Positions 43,781 to 52,536 of a stretch of 60,227 nt of DNA are shown piece after piece. The notes beneath the pieces are model-generated. The model saw only the letters and a list, made by a program, of their open reading frames with translations. It did no database searches and was not told the origin of the DNA. The stretch is taken from NCBI GenBank assembly GCA_005878985.1, contig VBMA01000076.1, positions 1-60,227 of the forward strand, given 5' to 3'. Every line of letters begins with the position of its first letter. The first letter of the stretch is position 1. A program made the position numbers and the translations under genes. The DNA is from Methanobacteriota archaeon. GTDB lineage: Archaea > Thermoplasmatota > Thermoplasmata > RBG-16-68-12.

Positions 43781-44518
43781 GTGCGCATCGGCGGATCGAC
43801 GTACAGTCGCGAGCCGTTCCCGAAACAGGTCGAGGAGCTGCGGGAATCCGGATTCGACTACGCGGAGCTCGACCTGACGTGGCTCACGTGGGAGACGACG
43901 AAGTTGGCGGCCGAAGCGGAGGCCCTTGCCAAGCGGCTCCCCCTGTTCACCGCCCACCTCCCGCCGTCGCATTTCCACCAGGCCGACCTCGCGCGGTTCG
44001 TCGGCTTCATCGACACCCTCGAGCCAGTGGGGATACACGTTTTCAACGCACATTTCATGGAGGCGCGGTCCGCTCCGCGGATCTCGCCGGAGACGAAAGC
44101 GTCGTGGTTCGCCGACCTCGTTCGAGCGGCATCGGACCGCGGCGCGGTCGTGACCGTGGAGAACGTCGACGAGCCTCCGGAGGTCATTCGCAAGGTGCTC
44201 GATGCGGTGCCGGACCTCCAATACTGCCTCGATGTCGGTCATGCGCATCTCGACAATCGGACGGACGGTGCACGCACGTACATGGCGGCGCTGGCCGACC
44301 GCCTCGGGCTCGTGCACGCGCACGACAACCACGGAGGGCACGGCGAGACCGGCGACGAGCACCTGCCCTTCGGAAAGGGCACGATCGACCTCGAGCGGGA
44401 CGTGAAGGCGCTGAAGGCCCGCGGATACGACGGCCCCGCGACCCTCGAGATTTTCAAAGGCATCCCGGACGACCGGCGCGCGTGCCTCCGGAAGATGCGC
44501 CGGTGGACGAAAGAGTAA
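43781..44518 (+). CDS. sugar phosphate isomerase/epimerase (xylose-isomerase-like TIM barrel)
   Basis: GFDYAELDL, VTVENV, CLDVGHAHL, HAHDNHG, DEHLPFGKGTID. Confidence 0.8.
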   Translation: MRIGGSTYSREPFPKQVEELRESGFDYAELDLTWLTWETTKLAAEAEALAKRLPLFTAHLPPSHFHQADLARFVGFIDTLEPVGIHVFNAHFMEARSAPRISPETKASWFADLVRAASDRGAVVTVENVDEPPEVIRKVLDAVPDLQYCLDVGHAHLDNRTDGARTYMAALADRLGLVHAHDNHGGHGETGDEHLPFGKGTIDLERDVKALKARGYDGPATLEIFKGIPDDRRACLRKMRRWTKE

Positions 44519-44545
44519 CTCGGAAGATCGTCCGCCATCCGAGCG

Positions 44546-44571
44546 AGTAGTTTCGGCCATCCCTCCGGCCG
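44546..44571 (+). repeat. 26-nt repeat, copy B: AGTAGTTTCGGCCATCCCTCCGGCCG
   Basis: 25 of 26 nt are identical to 30107-30132. It begins exactly 27 nt after the TAA stop codon of the preceding gene. It can form the hairpin TCGGCC-N8-GGCCGA. Confidence 0.8.
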
Positions 44572-44609
44572 ACGGATACTTACCTGTCGAAGGGCTGGTC
44601 ATCGAGACC

Positions 44610-44888
44610 TTGGGCCGCACCATCCCGACGTACCGTCTACACCTCGAGTCGATCCTGAACGACTGGATGGACTATCGGCGTGCCTTGCGGGAGAAAGACC
44701 GCGAGGTGTTCGACCGCCTGCTGAACAAGTCGCGGCAGCACTCGAGCGCTGCGAGCTACTGCGCCCACCTCGACCCGAGCATCCTGGCGATCCTCTCGAT
44801 CCTCCTGGAGATGGAACGGGACATCGAGGCGCTGAAACGGGAACGTTCTTCGGCCGCCGGCGATTCCGGGCCCCGTGCGGATTCGTGA
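44610..44888 (+). CDS. conserved hypothetical protein (92 aa)
   Basis: TIPTYRLHLESILNDWMDYRRALREKDREVFDRLLNKSRQHSSAASY resembles small uncharacterised archaeal proteins I recall from haloarchaea. The start codon is TTG. Confidence 0.55.
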   Translation: MGRTIPTYRLHLESILNDWMDYRRALREKDREVFDRLLNKSRQHSSAASYCAHLDPSILAILSILLEMERDIEALKRERSSAAGDSGPRADS

Positions 44889-45393
44889 CGCGACCGTCGC
44901 TGACCGCGCCGCCATCCTGCGGATCGCGCGGGCCTCGTTCGACCGCGTCTACGCGTTCTTCGCGGTCCGCGGTACGCGCCACGCTTGGCCCTTCCTCGTG
45001 GCCGAGGACGGAACGTCGATCGAGGGTTTCCTCGAAGGGATCCTTTTCCGTGGGACGCCGCCGATCGGGTACGTGTACTTCGTCGCCGTGGATCCGCGGG
45101 CGCGCGGGATGGGCTCCGGACGGGCGCTTGTCCAAGAATCGCTCCGCCTCTTCCGATCTCGCGGAGCCAATCGGGTCTTCGCGGCCGTGACGGAAGACAA
45201 CGATCCATCGATGCACCTGTTCGCGTCCCTCGCGTTCGAGCGGGTCGCCCGTCGGGTCCTGTGGCGGTGGTATCGCTGGCGCGGGCTCTCCGTGCAGATG
45301 CGGATGCTCTTGGCTCCCCATGAGGTCCTCCTCGTGCGCACTTTCACCGACCTCCCTCCCGCGTCGACTCAAGAGGTCCCCCGGGCCTCGTGA
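44875..45393 (+). CDS. GNAT family N-acetyltransferase
   Basis: MRIRDATVADRAAILRIA..YFVAVDPRARGMGSGRALV..N..HLFASLAF. Confidence 0.85.
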   Translation: MRIRDATVADRAAILRIARASFDRVYAFFAVRGTRHAWPFLVAEDGTSIEGFLEGILFRGTPPIGYVYFVAVDPRARGMGSGRALVQESLRLFRSRGANRVFAAVTEDNDPSMHLFASLAFERVARRVLWRWYRWRGLSVQMRMLLAPHEVLLVRTFTDLPPASTQEVPRAS

Positions 45394-47765
45394 TGGCGGG
45401 GAGCTCGCTCACGCACGGCTGGATCATCGACGCCTACGCGGACTACGACCGCGACTCGATCGTCCTCTGGCTATGGAACGAGCGCGGCGCACATCGGATC
45501 GAGGACCCGCGGGTCGTACCGACGTTCTACCTGCACGCATCGCCGTCCGATCTCCCCGCGATCCGCCGACGGATCGAGATCCTGGACGGCGTCCGCGACG
45601 TGCGGGAGGTCCAGAAGCGCATCGCCCTCGAGGACGACGAGCCGAAACCCGTCCTGGAGATCGTGCCGCGGCATTACCGCAACATCCGCAATCTCGCGCA
45701 CATCCTCGACTCGAATGGCGGGTACGTCGACCATCGGCTGTTCAACGTGGACCTGCGCTTCAGCCAGCGATACGCGATCGAGCACGACATCTTCCCGATG
45801 GGGCTCCTGCACTACGCGAACGGCGTGTGGCGGGCGGAAGAGGAGCACTTCGCCCTCGACTATCCCTTGCCGGCGCTGCGGAAATCCCTCCTCGACCTGC
45901 ACGTCGACAATCCGGCGGGCATCCCGCGGATGCAGGACAAGCTCCTCGGGGCCCGCGTCGACGATGTCGAGATCGACGGGGATGCGGAGACGATCCTGAA
46001 AGGAATCGACGCGGTCGTGCGGTCGAAGGACCCGGACGTCCTGATGACGGACGGCGGCGACGCATTCCTGATGCCGTACCTCGCCGCGAAGGCGTCCGAC
46101 CTCGGCGTGAACCTGCAACTGGGCCGGGACCCGGACAAGTTCGCGGGAGTGAAGGCAAAGTCGTACTTTACGTACGGGAAGATCGTCTACAAACCGGGCC
46201 AGTACATCCTGCGGGGTCGGCTGCATCTGGATCGCGGTCACTTCGCGTTTCGCGAAAGTGATTTCGCGGGCCTCGCGGAACTGTCGCGTCTCTCGACGCT
46301 GACGCCGCAGGAGCAGGCCCGGCTCACGCCGGGCACCGCGTTCTCGGCGATGCAGGTGAATCAGGCGTACCACGACGGCTGTCTCGTGGTGTGGAAGAAG
46401 AATCGACCGGAGGACTTCAAGGACGCCGAGAATCTGCTGCGGGGCGATCGCGGGGGATTCACGTTCGAACCGGAAGTCGGGGTGCACGAAGGTCTCTACG
46501 AACTCGACTTTTCCTCCCTGTATCCGAGCATTATGGTGAAGTACAACATCTCCGCGGAGACGCTCGACTGCTCGTGCTGCACGCTCGATGGTCTTCCCGT
46601 CCCCGAGTTACGATACCATCTTTGCACGCGACGCGTCGGGATTGTCGGTCGCGTGCTGAAACCGCTGATCGAGCGACGGCGGTATTACAAGAAGATGAAG
46701 AAGGAACCGGGGCCGCTCCAAGACGTGTACACTGGGCGGGACACCATTCTCAAGTGGACCCTTGTGACAAGTTTCGGATATCAAGGATATAAAAATGCCC
46801 GCTTCGGTCGCATCGAGTGCCATGAGGCAATCAACGCGTACGCGCGGAACATCCTCGTCCGCACGATGGAGATCGCGGAATCCCATGGCTACGAGGTCGT
46901 CCACGGCATCGTCGATTCCGTCTGGCTACGGCCCAAGTCAGACACGGATCCGATCGAGAAGGTCCGCGAGCACATCGCCGGTTCCATCGGCCTCCCGATC
47001 GAGCTCGAGGGCCGTTACAAATGGATCGTGTTCCTCCCATGCAAGACGACTGGCATCGGCGCGCTGAACCGCTACTACGGTCTCTTCCAGGACGACGAGT
47101 TCAAGTTACGCGGGATCGAGCTCCGGAAACACGACACTCCGGAGTTCATCAACATCTGCCAGGAGGCGATGCTCGGAGAGCTCAGCCTCGCGTCGACCGC
47201 CGCGGAGTTCCGCGAGCGCATCCCGAAGGCCGTCGACATCCTGCGGTGGACCGCGAAGTGCGTCCTCGACCGCGCGATCCCGGTGCACCAGTTCATCCTC
47301 ACGAAGAGCGTCTCGCGCGCCCTCCCGGAGTACGTCGTCCTCACGGCGACCGCGGCGGCCCTGAAGCAGATGGAGAAGCGCGGCTTCGCGGTCGAGCCGG
47401 GCGAGTCCGTGCGGTACGTCCTCTTGGACGCACGGGCCCGGGATTCCGAACGGAAGGTGCGCGTCGCCGAGTTCCTCCAAGGAGACGAGGAGCCGGACGC
47501 ATGGGAGTACATCCACCTCCTGTGCCGGTCCGGACAGACGCTCCTCGCGCCGTTCGGGTACACGGAGGAGAACCTGGTCCGGACGTGCGAGGACCTCTCC
47601 GATGTCTCGATTGCCGGCATGCCGGAGCAGGTGGTCACGATTAAGGAAGACTACAAGTCGATCGGGGAGAGCCGCAGCCGAGCGCGTGGCGGGGTCGGGT
47701 ACAAGAAGCCATGGCGGGTCGTTGACGAAGAAGAAATGCCGAGTGAAATCTCCGGGGAGCTATGA
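45390..47765 (+). CDS. polB: family B DNA polymerase with degenerate exonuclease motifs and a non-canonical motif C (PolB2-like)
   Basis: Motif A is DFSSLYPSIM, motif B-like is KWTLVTSFGYQGY, and motif C is HGIVDS instead of YGDTDS. Exo I is LLDLH instead of FDIE. Exo II is DGGDAFLMPYL instead of NGDSFDLPYL. Confidence 0.88.
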   Translation: MMAGSSLTHGWIIDAYADYDRDSIVLWLWNERGAHRIEDPRVVPTFYLHASPSDLPAIRRRIEILDGVRDVREVQKRIALEDDEPKPVLEIVPRHYRNIRNLAHILDSNGGYVDHRLFNVDLRFSQRYAIEHDIFPMGLLHYANGVWRAEEEHFALDYPLPALRKSLLDLHVDNPAGIPRMQDKLLGARVDDVEIDGDAETILKGIDAVVRSKDPDVLMTDGGDAFLMPYLAAKASDLGVNLQLGRDPDKFAGVKAKSYFTYGKIVYKPGQYILRGRLHLDRGHFAFRESDFAGLAELSRLSTLTPQEQARLTPGTAFSAMQVNQAYHDGCLVVWKKNRPEDFKDAENLLRGDRGGFTFEPEVGVHEGLYELDFSSLYPSIMVKYNISAETLDCSCCTLDGLPVPELRYHLCTRRVGIVGRVLKPLIERRRYYKKMKKEPGPLQDVYTGRDTILKWTLVTSFGYQGYKNARFGRIECHEAINAYARNILVRTMEIAESHGYEVVHGIVDSVWLRPKSDTDPIEKVREHIAGSIGLPIELEGRYKWIVFLPCKTTGIGALNRYYGLFQDDEFKLRGIELRKHDTPEFINICQEAMLGELSLASTAAEFRERIPKAVDILRWTAKCVLDRAIPVHQFILTKSVSRALPEYVVLTATAAALKQMEKRGFAVEPGESVRYVLLDARARDSERKVRVAEFLQGDEEPDAWEYIHLLCRSGQTLLAPFGYTEENLVRTCEDLSDVSIAGMPEQVVTIKEDYKSIGESRSRARGGVGYKKPWRVVDEEEMPSEISGEL

Positions 47766-47807
47766 GAGGCGCCGCTCGACGGCATCGAGCCGGGCAGTCC
47801 GGCGCAC

Positions 47808-48032
47808 TCATTCGACGGGAAACGGTTCTTCGATGAGTCCCTCGGCGGCGGCGATCAGCTTCGTCACGCGCTGCTCGGAGTCCGCGAGGATCGCGTGGCA
47901 CCGGCGATACAGGCCGAGTCCTTCCTCGAAGACGGCGAGGGCGCGGTCGAGCGGCAGGTCGCCGCGGGACAGCGCGTCCACCGTCGCCTCGAGGGCCGCG
48001 AGAGATTCCTCAAAGTTCGGCTCTTCGGTCAT
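47808..48032 (-). CDS. xseB: exodeoxyribonuclease VII small subunit
   Basis: FEESLAALEATVDALSRGDLPLDRALAVFEEGLGLYRRC. Confidence 0.85.
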   Translation of the reverse strand: MTEEPNFEESLAALEATVDALSRGDLPLDRALAVFEEGLGLYRRCHAILADSEQRVTKLIAAAEGLIEEPFPVE

Positions 48033-49267
48033 GGTTCCTCCTGTTCCTGATTGACGTGAACCCGAATCCGGCCGTCTTGGAAGCGGACCGCGAGGGCGTC
48101 GCCCGATTCGACCTCCACGGCGTGCGCGACGACACGACCGTCTTCGCGTTCCGCGATCGCGTAGCCGCGCTGGAGCGTCGCGAGCGGACTGAGGACATCC
48201 AAGCGACGACCGAGCGCTTCGAGCCGTTCCCGGTGACGAATGACCTCGCGAGGAGCGACCGCCGCCAGCGCCACGAAGGACCGTTCCAGGAGCGCGCGGT
48301 TTGCCTCGATCCCCCGCTGGAGCCCCCGCGGGGACAGCCGTTCCCTTAGGGCAGTCGCTCGATGTCGGACGCCGCGAAGGGCCTCGCGGATCTCCTCGAC
48401 CAACGAGCGGCCCGCCCCATTGATCCGCGCCATGAGTTCCGTTGCGTCGGGGGAGACGAGCTCCGCCGCGGCACTCGGAGTGGCGGCCCGGACATCGGCG
48501 ACGAAGTCCACGATCGTCACGTCCGTCTCATGGCCGATTGCGCTGACCACCGGTACCCGAGAGGCCGCGACGGCCCGCGCGAGCCCCTCGTCGTTGAAGC
48601 ACCACAGATCCTCCAGCGAACCGCCGCCTCGGGCGACGATGACCACATCGACGCGGTCGGAGACAACGGCGAGCGCGCGGCGCAAGCTGACGGATGCCTC
48701 GGGTCCCTGGACCAAGGCGGGCGCGATGACGATGTGCGCGATCGGGTACCGACGTCGCAGGATCGTGACGATGTCGTGCACGACGGCACCGATCTCCGAG
48801 GTCACGACTCCGATAGTCTGAGGAAACGACGGAAGCGGGCGCTTCCGCGCGGCATCGAACAGGCCCTCCGCGGCGAGTTTCTTGCGCGTCTTCTGGTACG
48901 CGGCCCAGAACGCGCCGACGCCCGCCGGGGTCGCGGCCTTGACGAGCAACTGGACGGACCCTCGACGTGGGAACACGTCCACGTCTCCCGAGACGACGAC
49001 GTCCATGCCGTCCTCGAGATCGAATCCGAGCATCTCGGCATCCTCGCGGAAGAGGGTGCACGAGAGCTGGGCGGTCGCGTCCTTCAGCGTGAAGAACACG
49101 TGGCCGGACGGCGCTCGTTGCACGTTGCTCACCTCGCCGCGCACGAGGATCCGGGAGAGGATCGGGTTCGCCCGGACCGTGTCCCGGATCACGCGGGCCA
49201 GCTGGGTGACCGTGAGAGCCTGCGGGGAGCCCGGTCGGTCCTCCCAGGTGACGGCGATGGGATCCAT
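48029..49267 (-). CDS. xseA: exodeoxyribonuclease VII large subunit
   Basis: LTVTQLARVIRDTV..ILVRGEVSNV..GHVFFTLKD (OB fold) and IGVVTSEIGAVVHDI..IVARGGGSLEDLWCFNDE. The junction with xseB is a 4-nt overlap. Confidence 0.88.
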   Translation of the reverse strand: MDPIAVTWEDRPGSPQALTVTQLARVIRDTVRANPILSRILVRGEVSNVQRAPSGHVFFTLKDATAQLSCTLFREDAEMLGFDLEDGMDVVVSGDVDVFPRRGSVQLLVKAATPAGVGAFWAAYQKTRKKLAAEGLFDAARKRPLPSFPQTIGVVTSEIGAVVHDIVTILRRRYPIAHIVIAPALVQGPEASVSLRRALAVVSDRVDVVIVARGGGSLEDLWCFNDEGLARAVAASRVPVVSAIGHETDVTIVDFVADVRAATPSAAAELVSPDATELMARINGAGRSLVEEIREALRGVRHRATALRERLSPRGLQRGIEANRALLERSFVALAAVAPREVIRHRERLEALGRRLDVLSPLATLQRGYAIAEREDGRVVAHAVEVESGDALAVRFQDGRIRVHVNQEQEEP

Positions 49268-49395
49268 TTCCCCTCTCCAACACCCATGGTGGGAGGTATC
49301 AACGCGCGGAGGGGAGATAGCCGAAAGTGTTTCCACCGCCACTAGCGCCTACGGACGGCCTCGGATGTCATTGGGACCGATGCGGGAAGCGGCCC

Positions 49396-49962
49396 TCACC
49401 GACCGACCAGTTCGCTCGCGCGAAGGAGCGCGTGCAGGCGCACGCCGACCTCGGCGAGGAGGATCGCGCCGCCCTCTTCCCGGTCCACGACGCACACGCA
49501 GTCCTCGACGACCGCCCCGTGCTCGCGCAGCCGATCGATCGCGCCGCGCAGGGTGCCGCCGGTCGTCACGACGTCCTCAACGAACAACACGAGATCGCCT
49601 CGGTTCAACTCGCCTTCGAAGTCGTGCTTCGTGCCGTGTTCCTTCGGGGCCTTGCGCACGATGATGTACGGCGTATCGCTCGCGAGGCTCACGGCCGCGG
49701 CAATCGGGACCGCCCCGAGTTCGACGCCCGCGATTCGGCTCGCGCCGTGGGCGAACGGAACCATCGCCTTCGCGATCGTCCGCAGCAGGTCCGGTCGGGT
49801 GATCGCCTTCTTGATATCCACGTAGTACGACGAGGTCTCCCCCGACGCCAGCGTGAAGGTCCCAAACTGGAGGGCGCCGCACGCCTTCAGCGCGGCGACG
49901 AGGCCCGGCCGGTCGAGCTTACCAGGGCTCGCGTTTCTGGCCGATCCGGAATCCGATGACAT
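49396..49962 (-). CDS. pyrE: orotate phosphoribosyltransferase
   Basis: FGTFTLASGETSSYYVDIK and VLFVEDVVTTGGTL (PRPP motif). It overlaps the carS 3-prime end by 44 nt. Confidence 0.9.
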   Translation of the reverse strand: MSSDSGSARNASPGKLDRPGLVAALKACGALQFGTFTLASGETSSYYVDIKKAITRPDLLRTIAKAMVPFAHGASRIAGVELGAVPIAAAVSLASDTPYIIVRKAPKEHGTKHDFEGELNRGDLVLFVEDVVTTGGTLRGAIDRLREHGAVVEDCVCVVDREEGGAILLAEVGVRLHALLRASELVGR

Positions 49963-50479
49963 TCACGGCCCGATGCAGGGCAGGCGTGATAAGGATGATG
50001 GCGAGGAGCCCGAGGAGCGCGTCCCCGGAGAAGAGCCGCGGGACGGACCACCATGGAATGGTCAGGCTCAGGAGGAGCGCGCCGACGACGAAATCATATT
50101 GGTCGAGGACCGGAGCCTTGGCCCCGCGGGGCTTGTGCATGCGGCGCTTCAGGAAGGCCCCGGCGAGGTCCCCGAGGAGCGCGCCGAAAGCGAGGACCGC
50201 AGAGGCGGCGAAGGCCGCGCCGTACGATCCGAGTGACCACACTGAATTCGGCGCGACGAGGTTGAACGGCGCGGACAGGAGGAATCCCAACAACGCTCCC
50301 GACACGGTGCCACCCAGGAGGCCCCGCCAGGTCTTCCCGTCGCCGAAGAGCCGTTCGCCATCTCGGAGGGTTCGGCCGAAGTCGATCGGGGTCCCGCCGC
50401 CGAAGACGACAGCCATCGGGTTCGCGACGAACGCAGGCAGGAAGAACCACAAGGCCTGCGGAATGGCGTCGAGGGCCAT
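49919..50479 (-). CDS. carS: CDP-archaeol synthase
   Basis: FLPAFVANPMAVVFGGGTPIDFG..FGDGKTWRG is typical of the CarS (DUF46) family. A TATA-like TTATCTATAT lies about 30 nt upstream on the minus strand. Confidence 0.88.
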   Translation of the reverse strand: MALDAIPQALWFFLPAFVANPMAVVFGGGTPIDFGRTLRDGERLFGDGKTWRGLLGGTVSGALLGFLLSAPFNLVAPNSVWSLGSYGAAFAASAVLAFGALLGDLAGAFLKRRMHKPRGAKAPVLDQYDFVVGALLLSLTIPWWSVPRLFSGDALLGLLAIILITPALHRAVNVIGFRIGQKREPW

Positions 50480-50551
50480 CGAGGCCAGCGTACGTTCGTG
50501 AGCCGGATATAGATAATCCTACACCGACGATCCGGAGCACCCTCTCTCGAA

Positions 50552-50573
50552 CCTACCTCTGTTCAGAGGTAGG
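50552..50573. repeat. perfect palindrome CCTACCTCTG-TT-CAGAGGTAGG
   Basis: Read directly from the sequence. It lies 33 nt downstream of the stop codon of the 75-aa ORF, next to a second hairpin GGTCCC-N5-GGGACC (50578-50594). Confidence 0.85.
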
Positions 50574-50605
50574 AGCCGGTCCCGAATGGGGACCGTCCAG
50601 ATGGC

Positions 50606-50833
50606 CTACGCCGAACGTTCGAGACGGGCAATCCTCGATGCGACGTCTGCCTGGATTCGGCGGTAGTAGGCGAGGAGCTTCCGCCCGCCCTGCTGCCTCG
50701 AGGCCGGGTCCCGAGCGGGTCCGACGTAGTCCTCCCGGCGCCGACTGCGGCCGCCCTCCCGCTCATAGGGCCAGAAGTACAGGTACTCGTTCCCGTCGAT
50801 TCGATGGACCCGGAGACCGCAGCCGATCCTCAT
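50606..50833 (-). CDS. small basic hypothetical protein (75 aa)
   Basis: Internal ATG of ORF 50606..50941: MRIGCGLRVHRIDGNEYLYFWPYEREGGRSRRREDYVGP..LLAYYRRIQADVASRIARLERSA. The ORF is flanked by the two near-identical palindromes. Confidence 0.45.
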   Translation of the reverse strand: MRIGCGLRVHRIDGNEYLYFWPYEREGGRSRRREDYVGPARDPASRQQGGRKLLAYYRRIQADVASRIARLERSA

Positions 50834-50836
50834 GGA

Positions 50837-50857
50837 CCTACCTCTGTTTAGAGGTAG
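50837..50857. repeat. second copy of the palindrome: CCTACCTCTG-TTT-AGAGGTAG
   Basis: 22 of 23 nt are identical to ACCTACCTCTGTTCAGAGGTAG at 50551-50573. It starts 4 nt upstream of the ATG of the 75-aa ORF. A half-site CAGAGGT occurs again at 50918-50924. Confidence 0.85.
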
Positions 50858-50944
50858 ATTCCGCGGCGGCCGTGAACCTTCCGGTGGGGCCTGTGAATCC
50901 GAGTCGCCGCCTCCTTTCAGAGGTGATAATCTCCCCACCACCCC

Positions 50945-50950
50945 TTTATA
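50945..50950. promoter_or_regulatory. TATA box (CTTTATAG core), potentially bidirectional
   Basis: It lies 30 nt upstream of the ATG at 50980 (KaiC-like 1, leaderless). In reverse orientation it faces the 75-aa ORF. Confidence 0.5.
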
Positions 50951-50979
50951 GCGCCATCCGGCTCGTTCGACGTCCTCCC

Positions 50980-51681
50980 ATGGACCGCATGAAGACCTAC
51001 GTCGAGGGCTTCGACGAAGCGCTCGGCGGCGGCATCCCCCGCGGTTCCCTCGTCCTCGTCGCCGGCACGCCGGGCACGATGAAGACCGCGTTGACCTTCT
51101 CCATCCTGTACGAGAACGTGAAGGCCGGATCCAAGGCCCTCTATATTACGCTGGAGGAAAGCCAGGAGGACCTGCGGGCCGCGATGACGGACCTCGGGAT
51201 GACCGGCTTGGATGACATGGAGCTGTACATCCTCGACATCGGCCGGATCCGGTTGGAGCACAAGGACGAAGAGCTCTCGAAGAACTGGCTCGACGTCCTC
51301 CAGAAGTACATCGACCAGCGGGTGCGGGTGAACGCGTTCGACCTCGTCGCGATCGACAGCCTCGCGGCCCTGTACAGCCTGAGCCGGCTGACCAACCCGC
51401 GCCGCGAGCTCTTCCACTTCTTCGGGTTCCTGAAGTCCCTGCACGCGACGTGCTTCCTCATCTCCGAGGTCCCGTCCGGGAACCACGGGAAGCTGTCGTC
51501 GTTCGAGGAGGAGTTCCTCGCGGACGGAATCCTGTACCTCGGCCACTTCGCGAAAGGCGCGACGGACATGCAGTTGCGCCTGCGCTGTGTGAAGATGCGC
51601 CGCGCGCGGCATGCACTGGGATCGTTCGCGCTAAGCCGAGACGACGGCCACTTCCGGATCGCCAGGCCGACGTCAGAGTGA
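50980..51681 (+). CDS. single-domain KaiC/RecA-like ATPase, paralog 1
   Basis: MDRMKTYVEGFDEALGGGIPRGSLVLVAGTPGTMKTALTF, YITLEES, FDLVAIDSL (Walker B), RLRCVKMRRARH. Confidence 0.85.
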   Translation: MDRMKTYVEGFDEALGGGIPRGSLVLVAGTPGTMKTALTFSILYENVKAGSKALYITLEESQEDLRAAMTDLGMTGLDDMELYILDIGRIRLEHKDEELSKNWLDVLQKYIDQRVRVNAFDLVAIDSLAALYSLSRLTNPRRELFHFFGFLKSLHATCFLISEVPSGNHGKLSSFEEEFLADGILYLGHFAKGATDMQLRLRCVKMRRARHALGSFALSRDDGHFRIARPTSE

Positions 51682-52464
51682 GGTCTTCTGGAGCAGCTTG
51701 AGGAGCGCCTCGGCATATTTCGCCGCGAGCTTGTCGTTCCCGAACGTCTTCGTCGCCGCGGCCTTGTTCTCCTCGATCGCTTCGACCGTCTTCACGAGGA
51801 CCTGCACGACGTCCTTCCCGGGCGCCCGCCGGAACAGAGCGGCGATCGACGCTCCCTCTCCCGTCATCACGACGAGCCGGCCGACCGGGAGATGCAGGAC
51901 GTAGGTGCCTTTCGCCCGCCGCTCGGATTCCCGTCGGATCATCTCCGCGACCTCGGGTTGGTCGAGGTACGCCGTCTCGCCGGCCTTCGCGAGGACCTCG
52001 CGGCCTTTTCGCAGGATGACGAGGGCGATCGCGTTCGACTCCTTGTGGCCGGCGGCGAGCTCGGACCAGAAGGCAGCCTGGAGGGAGAGCGCCCGCAGCC
52101 GCCGCCGGAGGGCGGTCATCGCCTCCCGGTCCTGGGTGCGCACGAGCTCCCTTAGGGTCGCCTCGACCTCTTTCGCCTCCTTCGGATGGAGGAGATGCCG
52201 GAACGTCTGGAACTCCTGGCTCAACGCGTCCAGCTCCGGGGGGGAGCGGCCTCGCGACGGGGCCACGGGCGCGGGCATCTCGGTGGACGGCTCGTTGGCG
52301 GACGGGTCGCTCGCGGACAAGGATGGAACCTCTTGCTCGATCAGGTCGACGGCCTCGGCCAAGCTCTTGTCAGGATGGCGCAGCATCGCTTCCATGACGA
52401 CCTTGCCATGGCCCTCGAGCTCCCAGCGGAGCAGCTTCAGGGCCGCGTCATCCCGCTTGGCCAT
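51673..52464 (-). CDS. hypothetical protein (263 aa)
   Basis: Taken from ORF 51673..52575. I prefer the ATG at 52464 because 52465-52575 is AT-richer and abuts the TATA box. I recognise no motif with confidence. The C-terminal half (AIALVILRKGREVLAKAG..VLHLPVGRLVVMTGEGASIAALF) might be Roadblock/LC7-like. Confidence 0.55.
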   Translation of the reverse strand: MAKRDDAALKLLRWELEGHGKVVMEAMLRHPDKSLAEAVDLIEQEVPSLSASDPSANEPSTEMPAPVAPSRGRSPPELDALSQEFQTFRHLLHPKEAKEVEATLRELVRTQDREAMTALRRRLRALSLQAAFWSELAAGHKESNAIALVILRKGREVLAKAGETAYLDQPEVAEMIRRESERRAKGTYVLHLPVGRLVVMTGEGASIAALFRRAPGKDVVQVLVKTVEAIEENKAAATKTFGNDKLAAKYAEALLKLLQKTSL

Positions 52465-52536
52465 CCCTTCTCGCCGGGCGCAACGGACCGCGGCTACAAA
52501 AGCATTCCTTCCGAAATCGGGATTCGGCGAATAACT

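Noticed and set aside
30133-44545. The 14.4-kb interval between the two 26-nt direct repeats, considered as an integrated mobile element with att sites.
   Set aside because: No integrase, transposase, replication or structural genes are present. The content is housekeeping (ABC exporter, mre11-rad50-nurA-herA, LysE). I noticed no compositional break. Both repeats sit at an identical offset from a stop codon, which points to a 3-prime-UTR or terminator-type element rather than att duplication.
50552-50926. The palindromic repeats considered as a mini CRISPR array or as MITE terminal inverted repeats.
   Set aside because: There are only two full copies plus a half-site. The spacing (about 260 bp) is far larger than a CRISPR spacer. 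Each copy is itself a dyad rather than a direct repeat unit. No cas or transposase genes are present, and I saw no target-site duplication.
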